In this document: positions 1 through 11,000 of the stretch, in pieces
Layout of the letters: every line of letters begins with the position of its first letter
Position numbering within the stretch: the first letter of the stretch is position 1
Source: Macrostomum lignano
Taxonomy: Eukaryota
Assembly: GCA_002269645.1 (NCBI GenBank)
Contig: NIVC01000110.1
Coordinates: forward strand, 372,001-436,000
Reading direction: 5' to 3'
Length of the DNA stretch: 64,000 nt
The notes under the pieces: model-generated
The model's database searches: none
The model's input: only the letters and a program-made list of their open reading frames with translations
Told to the model about the DNA's origin: nothing
Program-made: the position numbers and the translations under genes

Positions 1-2
1 AC

Positions 3-2372
3 CAGAATTCATTTTTGGACGTAAAAAATCAGCAAGGTCAATTTCAAGGTCAAGATAAAGCAAATGATCTTTATGAGCAGCAGAGACAGTATCTAAATAA
101 TCTTCAGCAGCAGCAGAGAAATCCACAACAGGATGAACAGCAGAGAGAGCAACAGCAGAGAGAGCAGCAGCAGAGAGAGCAACAGAAGAGAGAGCAGCAG
201 CAGAGAGAGCAACAGCAGAGAGAGCAACAAAAGAGAGAGCAGCAGCAGAGAGAGCAGCAGCAGAGAGAGCAGCAGCAGAGAGAGCAACAGCAGAGAGAGC
301 AACAGCAGAGAGAGCAACAGCAGAGAGAGCAGCAGCAGAGAGCGCAGCAGCAGAGAGAGCAACAGCAGAGAGAGCAACAGAAGAGAGAGCAGCAGCAGAG
401 AGCGCAGCAGCAGAGAGAGCAACAGCAGAGAGAGCAACAGAAGAGAGAGCAGCAGCAGAGAGAGCAACAGCAGAGAGAGCAACAGAAGAGAGAGCAGCAG
501 CAGAGAGAGCAACAGCAGAGAGAGCAACAAAAGAGAGAGCAGCAGCAGAGAGAGCAGCAGCAGAGAGAGCAGCAGCAGAGAGAGCAACAGCAGAGAGAGC
601 AACAACAGAGAGAGCAGAATCGGCAACTACATGAACATCCTGCAACTAATTTTCCGTCAAAAGTAGCCTCTCAAAATTTCCAAGAAAAAAATTCTCAAAG
701 CAGCTGGGTCTGCAAGCACTGCACGCTGCTCAACCCGGCTCCATCGCAGCCAGAAACTGGGCTTAGGATTTGCTCTGCTTGCGCACACACTACCGAACTC
801 AGTGGTGGCGCCACTAAAAGAGGCGCAGTCGCTCGCAGTGAAGCCGCTTCTGCTGCGTCCATGCTGGCCTCCGCAGCCACAGAAGCCGCCAGTGATGCAG
901 TCGGAGCGGCAGGAAGCGAGTCCAGCACAGGTTTTACCGAATGGTCCGATAGAGCTCAAAACCTGGCTTCGCAGCTCAGAGTGGAAGACTGGGTAGCAGA
1001 GAGAGTTCTGGCTGTCAAAAGCATGCCCAAGTTTAACGAGTTTTCCGAATCAGACCTTGTAGTTGCGATTGAGTCGTGTGGCGGCCTGGCGTTCGAAGAC
1101 GATGCTCTGATGAGCCAACTGCGTCGCAAGTGCAGCCGCTGTTCGAATGATTTACCGCGTCACAAACTTGTTGCCATGGCAGCATGCGAGTGCCAGATGT
1201 GTCCAGAGTGTTTTCGAAAATTTCTTCTTGAGCTGAAAAGCAGCAGAATTCAGTGCCCTGTCTGCAAGGATGTGTGCGATGATGAAGACAGTCGGGATTT
1301 CATGAGGATGCAGCTGATGGAAATGGCGGATGTGCTTGGCGCTGACGCTGTGGCGTATGCATTGGCGCGCCTTGAAGATAATTCAAGCAAAAATAGCGAC
1401 GAAGGTTGGGAAGTGGTCGAAGCTCCAGGCAAGAGAGGGAAAAAATCAAAAGCCTCAAAAGATGCCTCGACAGTTCCAGTAAACATTTCGAATGGCTATT
1501 GTCCTCATAGGAATGGTGGACTACCGAAAAGAGACACTCGGCAGTTCGAAAGTCACTGCAAAGTTTGTAAGCAGGATGTATGCAAGAAATGCTTTGGCTT
1601 CTGGACTGATCACCAACGGATGGACTGCAGCAGTTATCGGGTTCATGCAGCAGGTATTAAAAAAGGAGATTATAACAAAATGCACATAGCTGCTCAAAAG
1701 CAAGGCCTCTCGCCTACTGACGCAAACCTGCACGATCAGATGATGGAGCATCTGACTTTTGATTTGGTTTGCCCAGACTGCAGTCTTTGCTACCAGCGAG
1801 TGTCCAAATCTGGAGTTCCTGTGTTTCACTGCAGATGTGGGCATTCATTCTGTCCATTTTGTCGAAGCCCTCAGTTGAGACCTCACGAAGGCTGCCAAAT
1901 TAAAGGAATTCATGTGCACCACCAGCGCCAGTGCTACTTTTATTTGAAGCAAGTAAAACAGACGACTCTACTTGATTTGTTGAGGAGAAATAAGATTAAA
2001 GTAAGCGAAGCATGCTCAAAAGTTAACAAAGCTTGTGAGCTTCCTGATTTGAAGATAGAACGAAAGTTGATTGGTATATATCCTTGTACCGAAAAAGTTA
2101 CTCATAACAAGCCGGGTATATGTGACAGGCACTACCGTGAGTATCTAATTCAGCTCATCAATGCAAACAAGCTCGATTTGGTAGATGTTGCCAATGAGAA
2201 TGAGCTGCTTGAGATGTTCAAAAGGTTTGGTTTGGCCCTGCCAAAAGTAAAAGCCTCCAACCCTGCTACTGCTGCGAGAGAGAAGGTGACAATTTACCGC
2301 GGCCAGCTGAAGAAAATGGTGCCACCGCTGCAGCGTAGCCAAGAGAAAAAAAACTATAGTTTAGGTTATTGA
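3..2372 (+). CDS. RNF31: HOIP/RNF31-like RBR-LDD protein, 5'-partial, with predicted inactive RING2
   Basis: Frame is open from the window edge; the ORF-track start at 15 is a TTG. Domains: QQQRE repeat; NZF-like WVCKHCTLLN..CSAC; RING1 CSRCSNDLPRHKLVAMAACECQMCPECFRK (HOIP: LPHNRMQALTSCECTICPDCFRQ); IBR-like CKVCKQDVCKKCFGFWTDH..C; RING2-like CPDC..FHCRCGHSFCPFC; LDD signatures HVHHQRQCYFYLK (HOIP LHGHHPRDCLFYLR) and GICDRHYREYLIQLINANKLD (HOIP GLCQAHYKEYLVSLINAHSLD). Stop TGA at 2370-2372. Confidence 0.88.
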   Translation, partial: QNSFLDVKNQQGQFQGQDKANDLYEQQRQYLNNLQQQQRNPQQDEQQREQQQREQQQREQQKREQQQREQQQREQQKREQQQREQQQREQQQREQQQREQQQREQQQREQQQRAQQQREQQQREQQKREQQQRAQQQREQQQREQQKREQQQREQQQREQQKREQQQREQQQREQQKREQQQREQQQREQQQREQQQREQQQREQNRQLHEHPATNFPSKVASQNFQEKNSQSSWVCKHCTLLNPAPSQPETGLRICSACAHTTELSGGATKRGAVARSEAASAASMLASAATEAASDAVGAAGSESSTGFTEWSDRAQNLASQLRVEDWVAERVLAVKSMPKFNEFSESDLVVAIESCGGLAFEDDALMSQLRRKCSRCSNDLPRHKLVAMAACECQMCPECFRKFLLELKSSRIQCPVCKDVCDDEDSRDFMRMQLMEMADVLGADAVAYALARLEDNSSKNSDEGWEVVEAPGKRGKKSKASKDASTVPVNISNGYCPHRNGGLPKRDTRQFESHCKVCKQDVCKKCFGFWTDHQRMDCSSYRVHAAGIKKGDYNKMHIAAQKQGLSPTDANLHDQMMEHLTFDLVCPDCSLCYQRVSKSGVPVFHCRCGHSFCPFCRSPQLRPHEGCQIKGIHVHHQRQCYFYLKQVKQTTLLDLLRRNKIKVSEACSKVNKACELPDLKIERKLIGIYPCTEKVTHNKPGICDRHYREYLIQLINANKLDLVDVANENELLEMFKRFGLALPKVKASNPATAAREKVTIYRGQLKKMVPPLQRSQEKKNYSLGY
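136..618 (+). repeat. Coding 15-bp tandem repeat (CAGCAGAGAGAGCAR)n encoding about 32 QQQRE units
   Basis: Read directly from the sequence; in frame within the RNF31-like ORF, with a QQKRE variant recurring roughly every third unit. Confidence 0.95.
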
Positions 2373-3739
2373 AACAATCTTGAAACGCGCGTAATGTGGG
2401 AGCGGATATCTGTACTAACACGTTTACTCTTTAAACTACATATGTTCTTAAACAAGCATAAGTATCTTTAATCTTTTTTATTCTCTACATTATCATAAAT
2501 TCCTGCTACCACAAATGATCTTCGAAACTATTTACATTTTTAGTAATGTTATTTCTTGAGCTCACGTTTTAATATTTGATAAATCAACTACTCTGAAGTA
2601 GACAAACATAAAATATATAATTCAAACTCTTTTCAATCTGTCTTTTTTCTTAGAAACAAAGCTACTTCTATGTAAAATTTGACACTTGCCACTTGGCTAC
2701 ACTACTAACGACGTCTCTGAAATATAGCCGGCTTTTTTATTCTGATTTTGATCCCGATGAGTGTCAGTGCTTCCAGTTAATCAAATAATCCAGTTGATAT
2801 ATTAAATGCTGACGTACATACTCTTTCAGTTTCATGTAATGTCATTTCGAATTCAGTAGGTTGAGAAATTCCAATACCAATCTTATCCATCTGTGCTTTA
2901 GCTGTTGTCACGTGCCGAAAGTTTGTTATTATTATTATTTTCTTTTGCTGCTCAATTATCTAACTACGAGTATCTAGCTAGGCTTTCATCAATGCTTATT
3001 CAATCGGATATAATTTCCTATGGTTTCGTTGTTGTAACGTACTTTGTAATGCAATGTTTAATGATTTATTATGAGGAAAAATGCTTTAATAATTGTAGCT
3101 TTGAAATATTGCTATTTTGCTTCCAATTGCTATCTTGAGCATTGATTTACTTGGTTGTTGGTCAAAGTTCTTGGGGATACTTTTTAGGGGGATGCCTGCT
3201 ATCTTTGTGAAGGCTTTATTTTTCTGTTTTTGTTATTTTTAAGAAAAAGATATTTATTGCAAACATCTTTGTCTGTGATAGTTTAACTAGAATATGGTGA
3301 TTTATAAAACTGATAAAGAAATAGGTTCTTAAAAAAATTGGTTTGTAATAGATTTGCATGAATATTTGCTCCTTGCTCATTTGAGCGTCCCGAAGGGGGC
3401 ACTAGATTGCTCTTACTATTTATAATGTTATATGATTACTATAGGTTCCTAATATGCTGGCTTGAGTGATTGGATATTTACTCGGCTATTACTAAATGGT
3501 GGACAACATTAATGTACTTGTCTTTTTATCACATGTTGCTGCGCAGGCAAACTTGCCTTTTATTGCTGCCAATCAGCTACCGGTAAATGTGTCAGATTAA
3601 ATATTTTATTTCACAAATTTTTCTGTAATTTTTTTTCCATGAATGAATTCAAATATACCAGATATTCCAGAACGTGTATTTTAGAATTGACTGCATTGTT
3701 ACTTTGTTTGTTTGTTTTCAATTTAATTTAAATTAAATT

Positions 3740-3845
3740 GGCCTTAAGCATCTGAGCCTTATCATCTGAGCGATTCCCCATGAGCCTTGGTATCTGAGTG
3801 ATTCCCCATGAGCCTTAGCATCTGATCGCAAGCCTTCTGACACTA
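3740..3845. repeat. Short copy of the degenerate ~30-bp satellite (GAGCCTTGACATCTCAGCAATTCCCC family)
   Basis: Units such as tgagccttggtatctgagtgattccccatgagcc match the large array at 36930-39030. Confidence 0.6.
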
Positions 3846-4071
3846 ACTGCCAGAAGCACTAATAAGTCAGAACAGAAACATTTCAGTTATACGCTTGTCT
3901 TATATATTTAGGTAATTAGCCTATCTCCATCAGAGTACTAGTAGTTATGTCATAAAATACACTGGAGTAGTCCCTATGCACGGTACAGTTAATAACATTT
4001 TTTCATTGCTTTTCTTAAAAAACCATAGCCTCAATAATAAAAGTTAATACCTTCATGAAATCCTGCAAAGC

Positions 4072-6375
4072 ATGTCAGAACCCGAGCCGTGCCAATTTTG
4101 CGGCGACGAGCCCGCCAAAAAAGAATGCTCCGTCGCTAGTTGCAGTAGGAAACGGCTGTGCAATAGCTGCGATGACATTTGGCATGGGCATCCTGCCAGG
4201 AAAGATCATCAACGAATCGAGATTCAGCAAAGTGCGACTCATACAGGTTTAAACTCTGGACTATCGAGTGACGGGCGTCAATCTAACTTTCTAACGAAGG
4301 AGCGTGATTCTGGTCAGCCAATGAGAGAGCGCGATTCTGGCCAGCCAATGAGAGAGCGCGATTCTGGCCAGCCAATGAGAGAACACAATTCTGGCCAGCC
4401 AATGAGAGAACGCGATTCTGGCCAGCCAATGAGAGAACGTGATTCTGGTGAGCCAATGAGAGAACGCGATTCTGGCCAGCCAATGAGAGAACACAATTCT
4501 GGCCAGCCAATGAGAGAACGCGATTCGGGCCAGCCAATGAGAGAACGCAATTCTGGCCAGCCAATGAGAGAACGCGATTCTGGACAGCCAATGAGAGAAC
4601 GCGATTCTGGCCAGCCAATGAGAGAACACAATTCTGGTCAGCCAATGAGAGAACGCGATTCTGGTCAGCCAATGGGAGAGCGCAATTTCGGCCAACCAAT
4701 CATAAGTCAACATGTTTATCCTGTCGGCCAGCTGACTGGTATATCTTGGACATGTGCTTATTGCACTACAGTGAATGAATTTAACTGTAACTCTGACACA
4801 ACAAAAAAGGATCGTCTTGCCTGCCAAGTGTGCTCGAAGACCAGCAGCCTGGCGGATATTGTAGAGAGCATCAAGGCTTCAACTGGCAAAGTCCTGTGTG
4901 TACAATGCACATTGCTGAACGACTCACATTTAGTAAAATGTGATGGTTGTGGTGAACCGCTTGATGCTGTTCGTATTCAAGGTGCTTCTTCGGCAGGATC
5001 CCAGCCTTCTGAGTATTCAAGTGGTGGAGCTGTTGCTAATGATTACAACAGACCTTTCTTTGAAGTTGAAACTGCTCATTATAATAGGAGCGGTGATTCT
5101 GCAGGTAATGAAGCTGCTGCTAGAAACACTGATGCGCAGTCTGCAACGAGCAGTGTACCAGATGGTTGTACTGATGGTGATACTTTAGAAGCTGTTCAGT
5201 GTCCGACATGTACCTTTGAAAACCGATTAACTGCCACTGTTTGTGAGATGTGCCATGTTGAAATCCAACCGGCAAGTCATTTGAGCGTTGTAAGGAATAG
5301 GTCATCTGGTGAAGTTGATAGTGAGCGACATCAAATTGATGATACAATTGATAGACTCAGGAATCAGGGCCTTACCTATGAGCAAGCTTGCAGAGCTGTA
5401 TGGGACCAAGTAAATGATCCTTCTGCTAGGCCAACTGAATTCTCAAGTAGCGCCAAGGAAATGGCAGGAGTTGTGCCAGAAAACTCGGAACCAGCGGTCT
5501 CTTTTACTTGCTGTAAATGCCATCACAGGGTTGAGGAGACTGATCCGTTTGAGGTAAAAATTTGCGGCTGCAAAATATGCGTGGACTGTTTTTGGAAAAC
5601 AATAGAACTAATAGAAAAAAATGAATTTTACCTTGGTGACTTCTTTTGCTACTGTGAACGCGCTAGTATTGCGAAAAGAGATCAAAATGAGCATTACGGT
5701 GACGCACGGCTTCAAATTCGCCAAAAGCTCCGTGAGGCAGAATCGGCATCAATCCTTGAGCGCTTCGACCAGAAGCTGTCTATCTGGAGGCGATGGGAGC
5801 GCTTTCCTGATCCATCTGCTGCTGTCAAAGATGCTTTTAAATTTTATTGTTCGAAGTGCCGTCTAGCAAAACACCCACTTGAAAAGATTGATCCTCCGAC
5901 ATGCTCTTGTTCTCTGTGCCAAGATTGCTTTTCCACTGATGTTTTTCGTAAGCTGGTCAATAGATGCCATGACAAGTATGAAATAAAGTGTCCGGTATGT
6001 TTTGGATGCTTTATTTTAGGTACTTCTGCCTGCTCTGAACATGCTAAATGGTTGGAAGATTGCATCTGGGGATGCAAATCAACAAACTGGTCTGTTCCTG
6101 ACCGAAGAACTGCTGCTAATCACCTGCGATTGTTGGTCGGCAATCCTGGTTCTTCTGTTGCTTCTGGCGGTCTTCGTCTAGGTGATTTCCGCAGTGAATA
6201 TTTGCATCGCGATTTGCCGCAAAATTCAAGTCTGCAGTTGGTTGGAGATTGTGGGCACGGATTGAGACCGGCAAACAACGGCTACCTTTGGTGCATTCAA
6301 TGTGTCAAATTTGCCTGTCCTACTTGCAAGCGAGTAATTTACACTTCGACATTCCTACACAAATGTATGTATTAA
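4072..6375 (+). CDS. HOIP-related B-box/NZF/RING1-like/IBR-like zinc-finger protein (767 aa), no RING2
   Basis: ATG 4072 to TAA 6375, uninterrupted. B-box CQFC..LCNSCDDIWHGHPARKDH (HOIP LCPACDHLFHGHPSRAHH); three NZFs including QCPTCTFENRLTATVCEMC; two RING1-like modules (CCKC..CGCKICVDC and CSKC..CSCSLCQDC..CPVC); terminal IBR-like CIQC..CPTC..HKC. Confidence 0.85.
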   Translation: MSEPEPCQFCGDEPAKKECSVASCSRKRLCNSCDDIWHGHPARKDHQRIEIQQSATHTGLNSGLSSDGRQSNFLTKERDSGQPMRERDSGQPMRERDSGQPMREHNSGQPMRERDSGQPMRERDSGEPMRERDSGQPMREHNSGQPMRERDSGQPMRERNSGQPMRERDSGQPMRERDSGQPMREHNSGQPMRERDSGQPMGERNFGQPIISQHVYPVGQLTGISWTCAYCTTVNEFNCNSDTTKKDRLACQVCSKTSSLADIVESIKASTGKVLCVQCTLLNDSHLVKCDGCGEPLDAVRIQGASSAGSQPSEYSSGGAVANDYNRPFFEVETAHYNRSGDSAGNEAAARNTDAQSATSSVPDGCTDGDTLEAVQCPTCTFENRLTATVCEMCHVEIQPASHLSVVRNRSSGEVDSERHQIDDTIDRLRNQGLTYEQACRAVWDQVNDPSARPTEFSSSAKEMAGVVPENSEPAVSFTCCKCHHRVEETDPFEVKICGCKICVDCFWKTIELIEKNEFYLGDFFCYCERASIAKRDQNEHYGDARLQIRQKLREAESASILERFDQKLSIWRRWERFPDPSAAVKDAFKFYCSKCRLAKHPLEKIDPPTCSCSLCQDCFSTDVFRKLVNRCHDKYEIKCPVCFGCFILGTSACSEHAKWLEDCIWGCKSTNWSVPDRRTAANHLRLLVGNPGSSVASGGLRLGDFRSEYLHRDLPQNSSLQLVGDCGHGLRPANNGYLWCIQCVKFACPTCKRVIYTSTFLHKCMY
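4303..4700 (+). repeat. Coding 27-bp tandem repeat (RERDSGQPM), 14 full units plus one partial
   Basis: Unit GGCCAGCCAATGAGAGAACGCGATTCT recurs at 27-nt spacing from 4312 to 4690. Confidence 0.95.
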
Positions 6376-8067
6376 CTTTTAAGACTAGATACTTTTGATG
6401 TGATCACTTGAACACATATACTGTGCATGCATGATATTTAATAAGCAATGTTATATTTTGATTACTTATCTAAGAACTCGCTATATATCGGTTGTTATTC
6501 TATTGGTAACTTTATAGCTTCTATAATCAAATAATGAATGAAATATTTAAACTAAAAAACATGTAAGCTTCTACTCTGTATAGTTATATCTTATTAAGTA
6601 AACGATGTTAAAGCAAAAAAATAATCAGCCCCCAAAGCCTGCTATCCAGCCTAAAATATCAGCATCCCCTATCAGTTTTGGCGTCAAAGCCTCAATTTAA
6701 GCCGTCTTTAACCCAAACTCTCTCTTTGATCTGTGAGTTCCTTTGGCTTGGCCTAACAACAACTTTCAATTGATCATGCGCAAATGGCTAGCACTAAATG
6801 AACCATTTTTTTGCAAAAACTTGAGAAAACCTTTCTTATGTAACGAAAGCAAGTTTCTATAATTAATTTCTAATGCAATTTGAAGTATAATTAGTTTGTT
6901 ATTATTTTCTCATTTCTACGAACATTATCGGCACGTTGTTTGAATTTGTTGCTTTTTGAGTGTTGGTCAACTTTAATTAAACGCCTTGTTGTTATAAATG
7001 AGACTTATTTTTTAAATACGTGAGATGCGCGTTATATTGTAGTAAATAATTCATATGTGTTGTATAATCGATTAATGCCTACTTGTCGGCTGTGTGAAAA
7101 TTTTTATCCAGAGGAATTGTTCCTTTTTTTATTCTAAGCCTAGTGTTCTGTTACAGTGCCTGTCCCTGGTGAGACTTCACGCAGTAAAATAGATATTATT
7201 TATCGTTTTCCTATATCCACTATAGATTTATTAGCAGTAGTTTTTTCTATTTTTATTAAAAAAAACGTTGCATTATGTATTTTAGACACAAATGCGTTTT
7301 GTCCTTCTCATTTTGCAATATATTGACGCGTAGGAATTGTATCTGCCGATCATATTAATTCTCTGTGAAAGTACCATATTCTAAGTAGTAGGTGTTATCT
7401 TTCGTACCTGTGTCACTAAAATCTGTTCATAAAAGTGCTAATTAAGCTTGGAGGACCGATATCAGCCCAACGCCCTAAGTGCCCTTTTTGTATTCTTCAT
7501 CTAGCTTTTGAGTCCCTTATTGAGTTCCTCAGCGCCAAAGCACACCATCTCCTTACCCAGATGTAATTTTGATCACACCAGCCTCACCTTGTAGCCCTTA
7601 TACTCGTTACATTCTATTTTTCTGCCCTGACCTTTCTCTGAAAAATAGATATTATTTTCAAAAAAATCGCGCTCTTTACTATCACTTTCACGACTACGAG
7701 CGTATTCTTGAGTTATTGTGTTCCTCTGCTACTCTCGAAAGCACGAGTCGGAGCTCCCACTAATGGAGTCGCAGCTTCTGCCAGAGTTCATCTACTGATA
7801 AGTAGACAGTATAGAGTGTGGCGCAAAAAGCTTGCGCTGTGGGCAAAGAAATGTTGCGGTATGAGAGACGTGAATCGTTCTGATCAGCCTAGCTAGTGGG
7901 GGGAGTCTAGCCTTGCACAGGGCAGAGGGCAGCAACCTGTCCTGGCAGTATCATTTCGGTTTGACTCCACTTTTAGCCATCTGGCAGCTCCCCAAGTAGG
8001 TCTAGTTGTAGACAATCGCTACAGTGACAATATGTTCTAATTTTTATTCAACTCACTTCAGCTCAGA

Positions 8068-11000
8068 ATGGCCGCTCGAGCTGGCCCAAGTCTGTGCCAC
8101 ATCTGCTTTCGCAACACTGGCAGCTTCAAGTGCATCGATGCCGAGTGTCGTTACGGCTTCATGTGCAGACTGTGTTACCAGCTGCGTCACGGAGACTTGA
8201 ATCATAAGGTTGTGGAGCTGAAGCTGCCCTCTGCATTGGACCGCTGCGACCCAGTCGTGGCTGAGCGATTCTACCAGCTCAAAGATCTGGTCGAGTTCAA
8301 AGAGTTCAACGACTCTGATCTCATCAATGCGATTCAGAACAGCGATTTTGCCTGCTTTGACATTGCTGAGCTGCTTAGCAAGCTGAAATGCAGGTGCAGC
8401 AAGTGCAACAATGAGATGCCACAACTGAAGCTGACTAGCATGAGTAGCTGCGGCTGTGAGCTGTGCTCAGCTTGTTTTGGCAGCTTCGTGCGATCTCTGC
8501 CCAGCCGCTTGGAATGTCAGGTGTGCGGAGTGGCGTGGACTGGCGATTTTGAGGCTCGCGAGTTGATGAAGATTCAAGTGCTCGAGTTGGAGTCTGAGAT
8601 CGGAGTTGACGAGACTAACAGAATGCTTCAGTTGCTGGACGAGTGGGACGATACCTCTGATGTACAGTCTGCAACAAGCAATGGGCTGAATGGATGTACT
8701 GATGGTGGTACTTTAGAAGCCGGTCAGTGCCCGAGATGTACTTTAGAAAATCCATTAACTGTCACTGTTTGTGAGATGCACATTGAAAGTTCCGGTCAGC
8801 CAATGAGAAAAAGCAATTCTGGACAGCTAATAGGAGAATGCGATTCTGGCCAGCCAATGAGAGAGCGCAATTCTGACCAGCCAATTAAAGAGCGCGATTC
8901 TGGCCAGCCAATAAAAGAACGAGATTCTGGTCAGCCAATGAGAGAGTGCAATTCTGACCAGCCAATTGGAGAGCGCGATTCTGGCCAGCCAATTAGAGAA
9001 CGCGATTCTGGCCAGCCAATGAGAGAACGAGATTCTGGTCAGCCAATGAGAGAACGCGATTCTGGGCAGCCAATGAGAGAACGAGATTCTGGCCAGCCAA
9101 TGAGAGAACACGATTCTAGCCAGCCAATGAGAGAGTGCGATTCTGGCCAGCCAATTGGAGAGCGCTATTCTGGTCAGCCAATGAGAGAATGCGATTCTGG
9201 TCAGCCAATGAGAGTACGCAATTCTGACCAGCCAAAGAAAAAGCGCGCTTCTGGCCAGCCATCGCGAAAACGCAATTTCGGCCAGCCAATGAGAGAACGC
9301 AATTGTGGCCAGCCGATAAGAGAACGCGATTCTGGCCAGCCAGTAATGGTTCAACGTGTTTTTTCTGTCAACCAAACGAAAGAAGGCTTATACGTCAGCC
9401 GTCACAACCCAGTCCAGGTGACTGGTCTAACTTGGACATGTGCTCATTGCACTACAATGAATGAGTTCAGCTGTAACTCTGACACGACAAAAAATTATCG
9501 CCTTACCTGCCAAGTGTGCTCGAAGACCAGCAGCCTGGCGGATGTTGTAGAGAGCGTCAAGGCTTCTACCGGCAAAGTCCTGTGTGTAAAATGCACATTG
9601 CTGAACGACTCGCATTCAGTAAAGTGTAAAGGTTGTGATGAACGGCTTGATGCTGTTCCTATTCAAGGTGCTTCTTCGGCAGGATCCCAGCCCCCGAGTA
9701 TTCAAGTGGTGGAGCTGTCGCTAATGATTACAACAGACCTCTCTGTGGAGCTGAAACTGCTCATTATTATAGAAGCGGTGATTCTGCAGGTCATGAAGCT
9801 GCTGCTAGAAACACTGATGCGCAGTCTGCAACGAGCAGTGTGCCGGATGGTGGTACCGATGCTGAAACTTTAGAAGCTGTTCAGTGTCCGCAGTGTACTT
9901 TAAAAAACTCATTAACTGCCACTTTTTGTGAAGTGTGCAGTTTTGAAATCCAACCGGCAAGTCATTTGAGCGTTGGAAGGAATATGTCACTTACTGAAGT
10001 TTATTTTCAGCGACATCAAATTGACGATAGAATTGATAAACTTATGAGGGATCACGGCCTTTCCTATGAGCAAGCTTGCAGAGCTGCATCGGACCAAGTA
10101 AATGGTACATCTGCCAGGCCAACTGAATTCTCAAATAGCGCCACGGAAATTGGATTTGTGCCAGAAAGTTCGGAACTAGTGGTCTCTTTTACTTGCTGTA
10201 AATGCCGACGCAAGGTTGAGGAGACTGATCCGTTTGAAGTAAAAGTTTGTGGCTGCAAAATATGCGTGGACTGCTTCTGGAAAGCAATCGGACGCAATTA
10301 TTTTGTTCTCGGTGACTTTATTTGCTTCTGTTCGCGTGCTTTTATTGAGAAAAGAATCGAGAATGAGCATTACGAATTTGCACGGCTTCGAATTCAAAGT
10401 ATGCTTGGTGGGGCAGAATCGGCATCAATCCTTGAACGCTTCGATCACGAGCTGTCTATCTGGAGGCGATTGAAGGGCTTTTCTGATCCATCTGCCGCTG
10501 TCAAAGATGATGCTTCTAAATTTTATTGTTCGAACTGCCGTCTAGACATAGACCAACTTTACAAAATTGATTTTCCGACATGCTCTTGTTCTCTGTGCCA
10601 ATATTGCTTTTCCACTTATGTTTTTCGTAAGCTGGTAGATGGATGCCGTGACAAGTTCGACATTCAGTGTCCGGTATGTTATAGATGCGTTTTTGCAAGT
10701 ACTCGTACTTCTGACTGCTCAAAACATGCAAAGTGGTTAGAAGATTGCATCTGGGGAAGCAAATCGACAAACTCGTCTGTTTATAAGCGAAGAATTGCTG
10801 TTCATCACCTGCGATCGTTGGTCGGCAATCCTGGTTCTTCCGTTGCTTCTGCTGGTCATCGTCAAGAAAGTGATTTCCGCAGTGAATCTGTGCCTATGGA
10901 TTTGCCGCAAAATTCAAGTCGGCAGTTGGTTGGAGATTGTGGGCACGGATTGAAACCGGCACGCAAAGGCCATTCGTACCTCTGGTGCAAACAATGTTCG

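Noticed and set aside
7785-7815. CTGATAAG hairpin as a hammerhead ribozyme core
   Set aside because: It lacks CUGAnGA, and no GAAA/cleavage-triplet three-stem arrangement can be built.
93-9375. Antisense and alternate-frame ORFs over the coding repeats (93-626, 133-666, 4283-4827, 8827-9375)
   Set aside because: They are shadows of the QQQRE and RERDSGQPM repeats.
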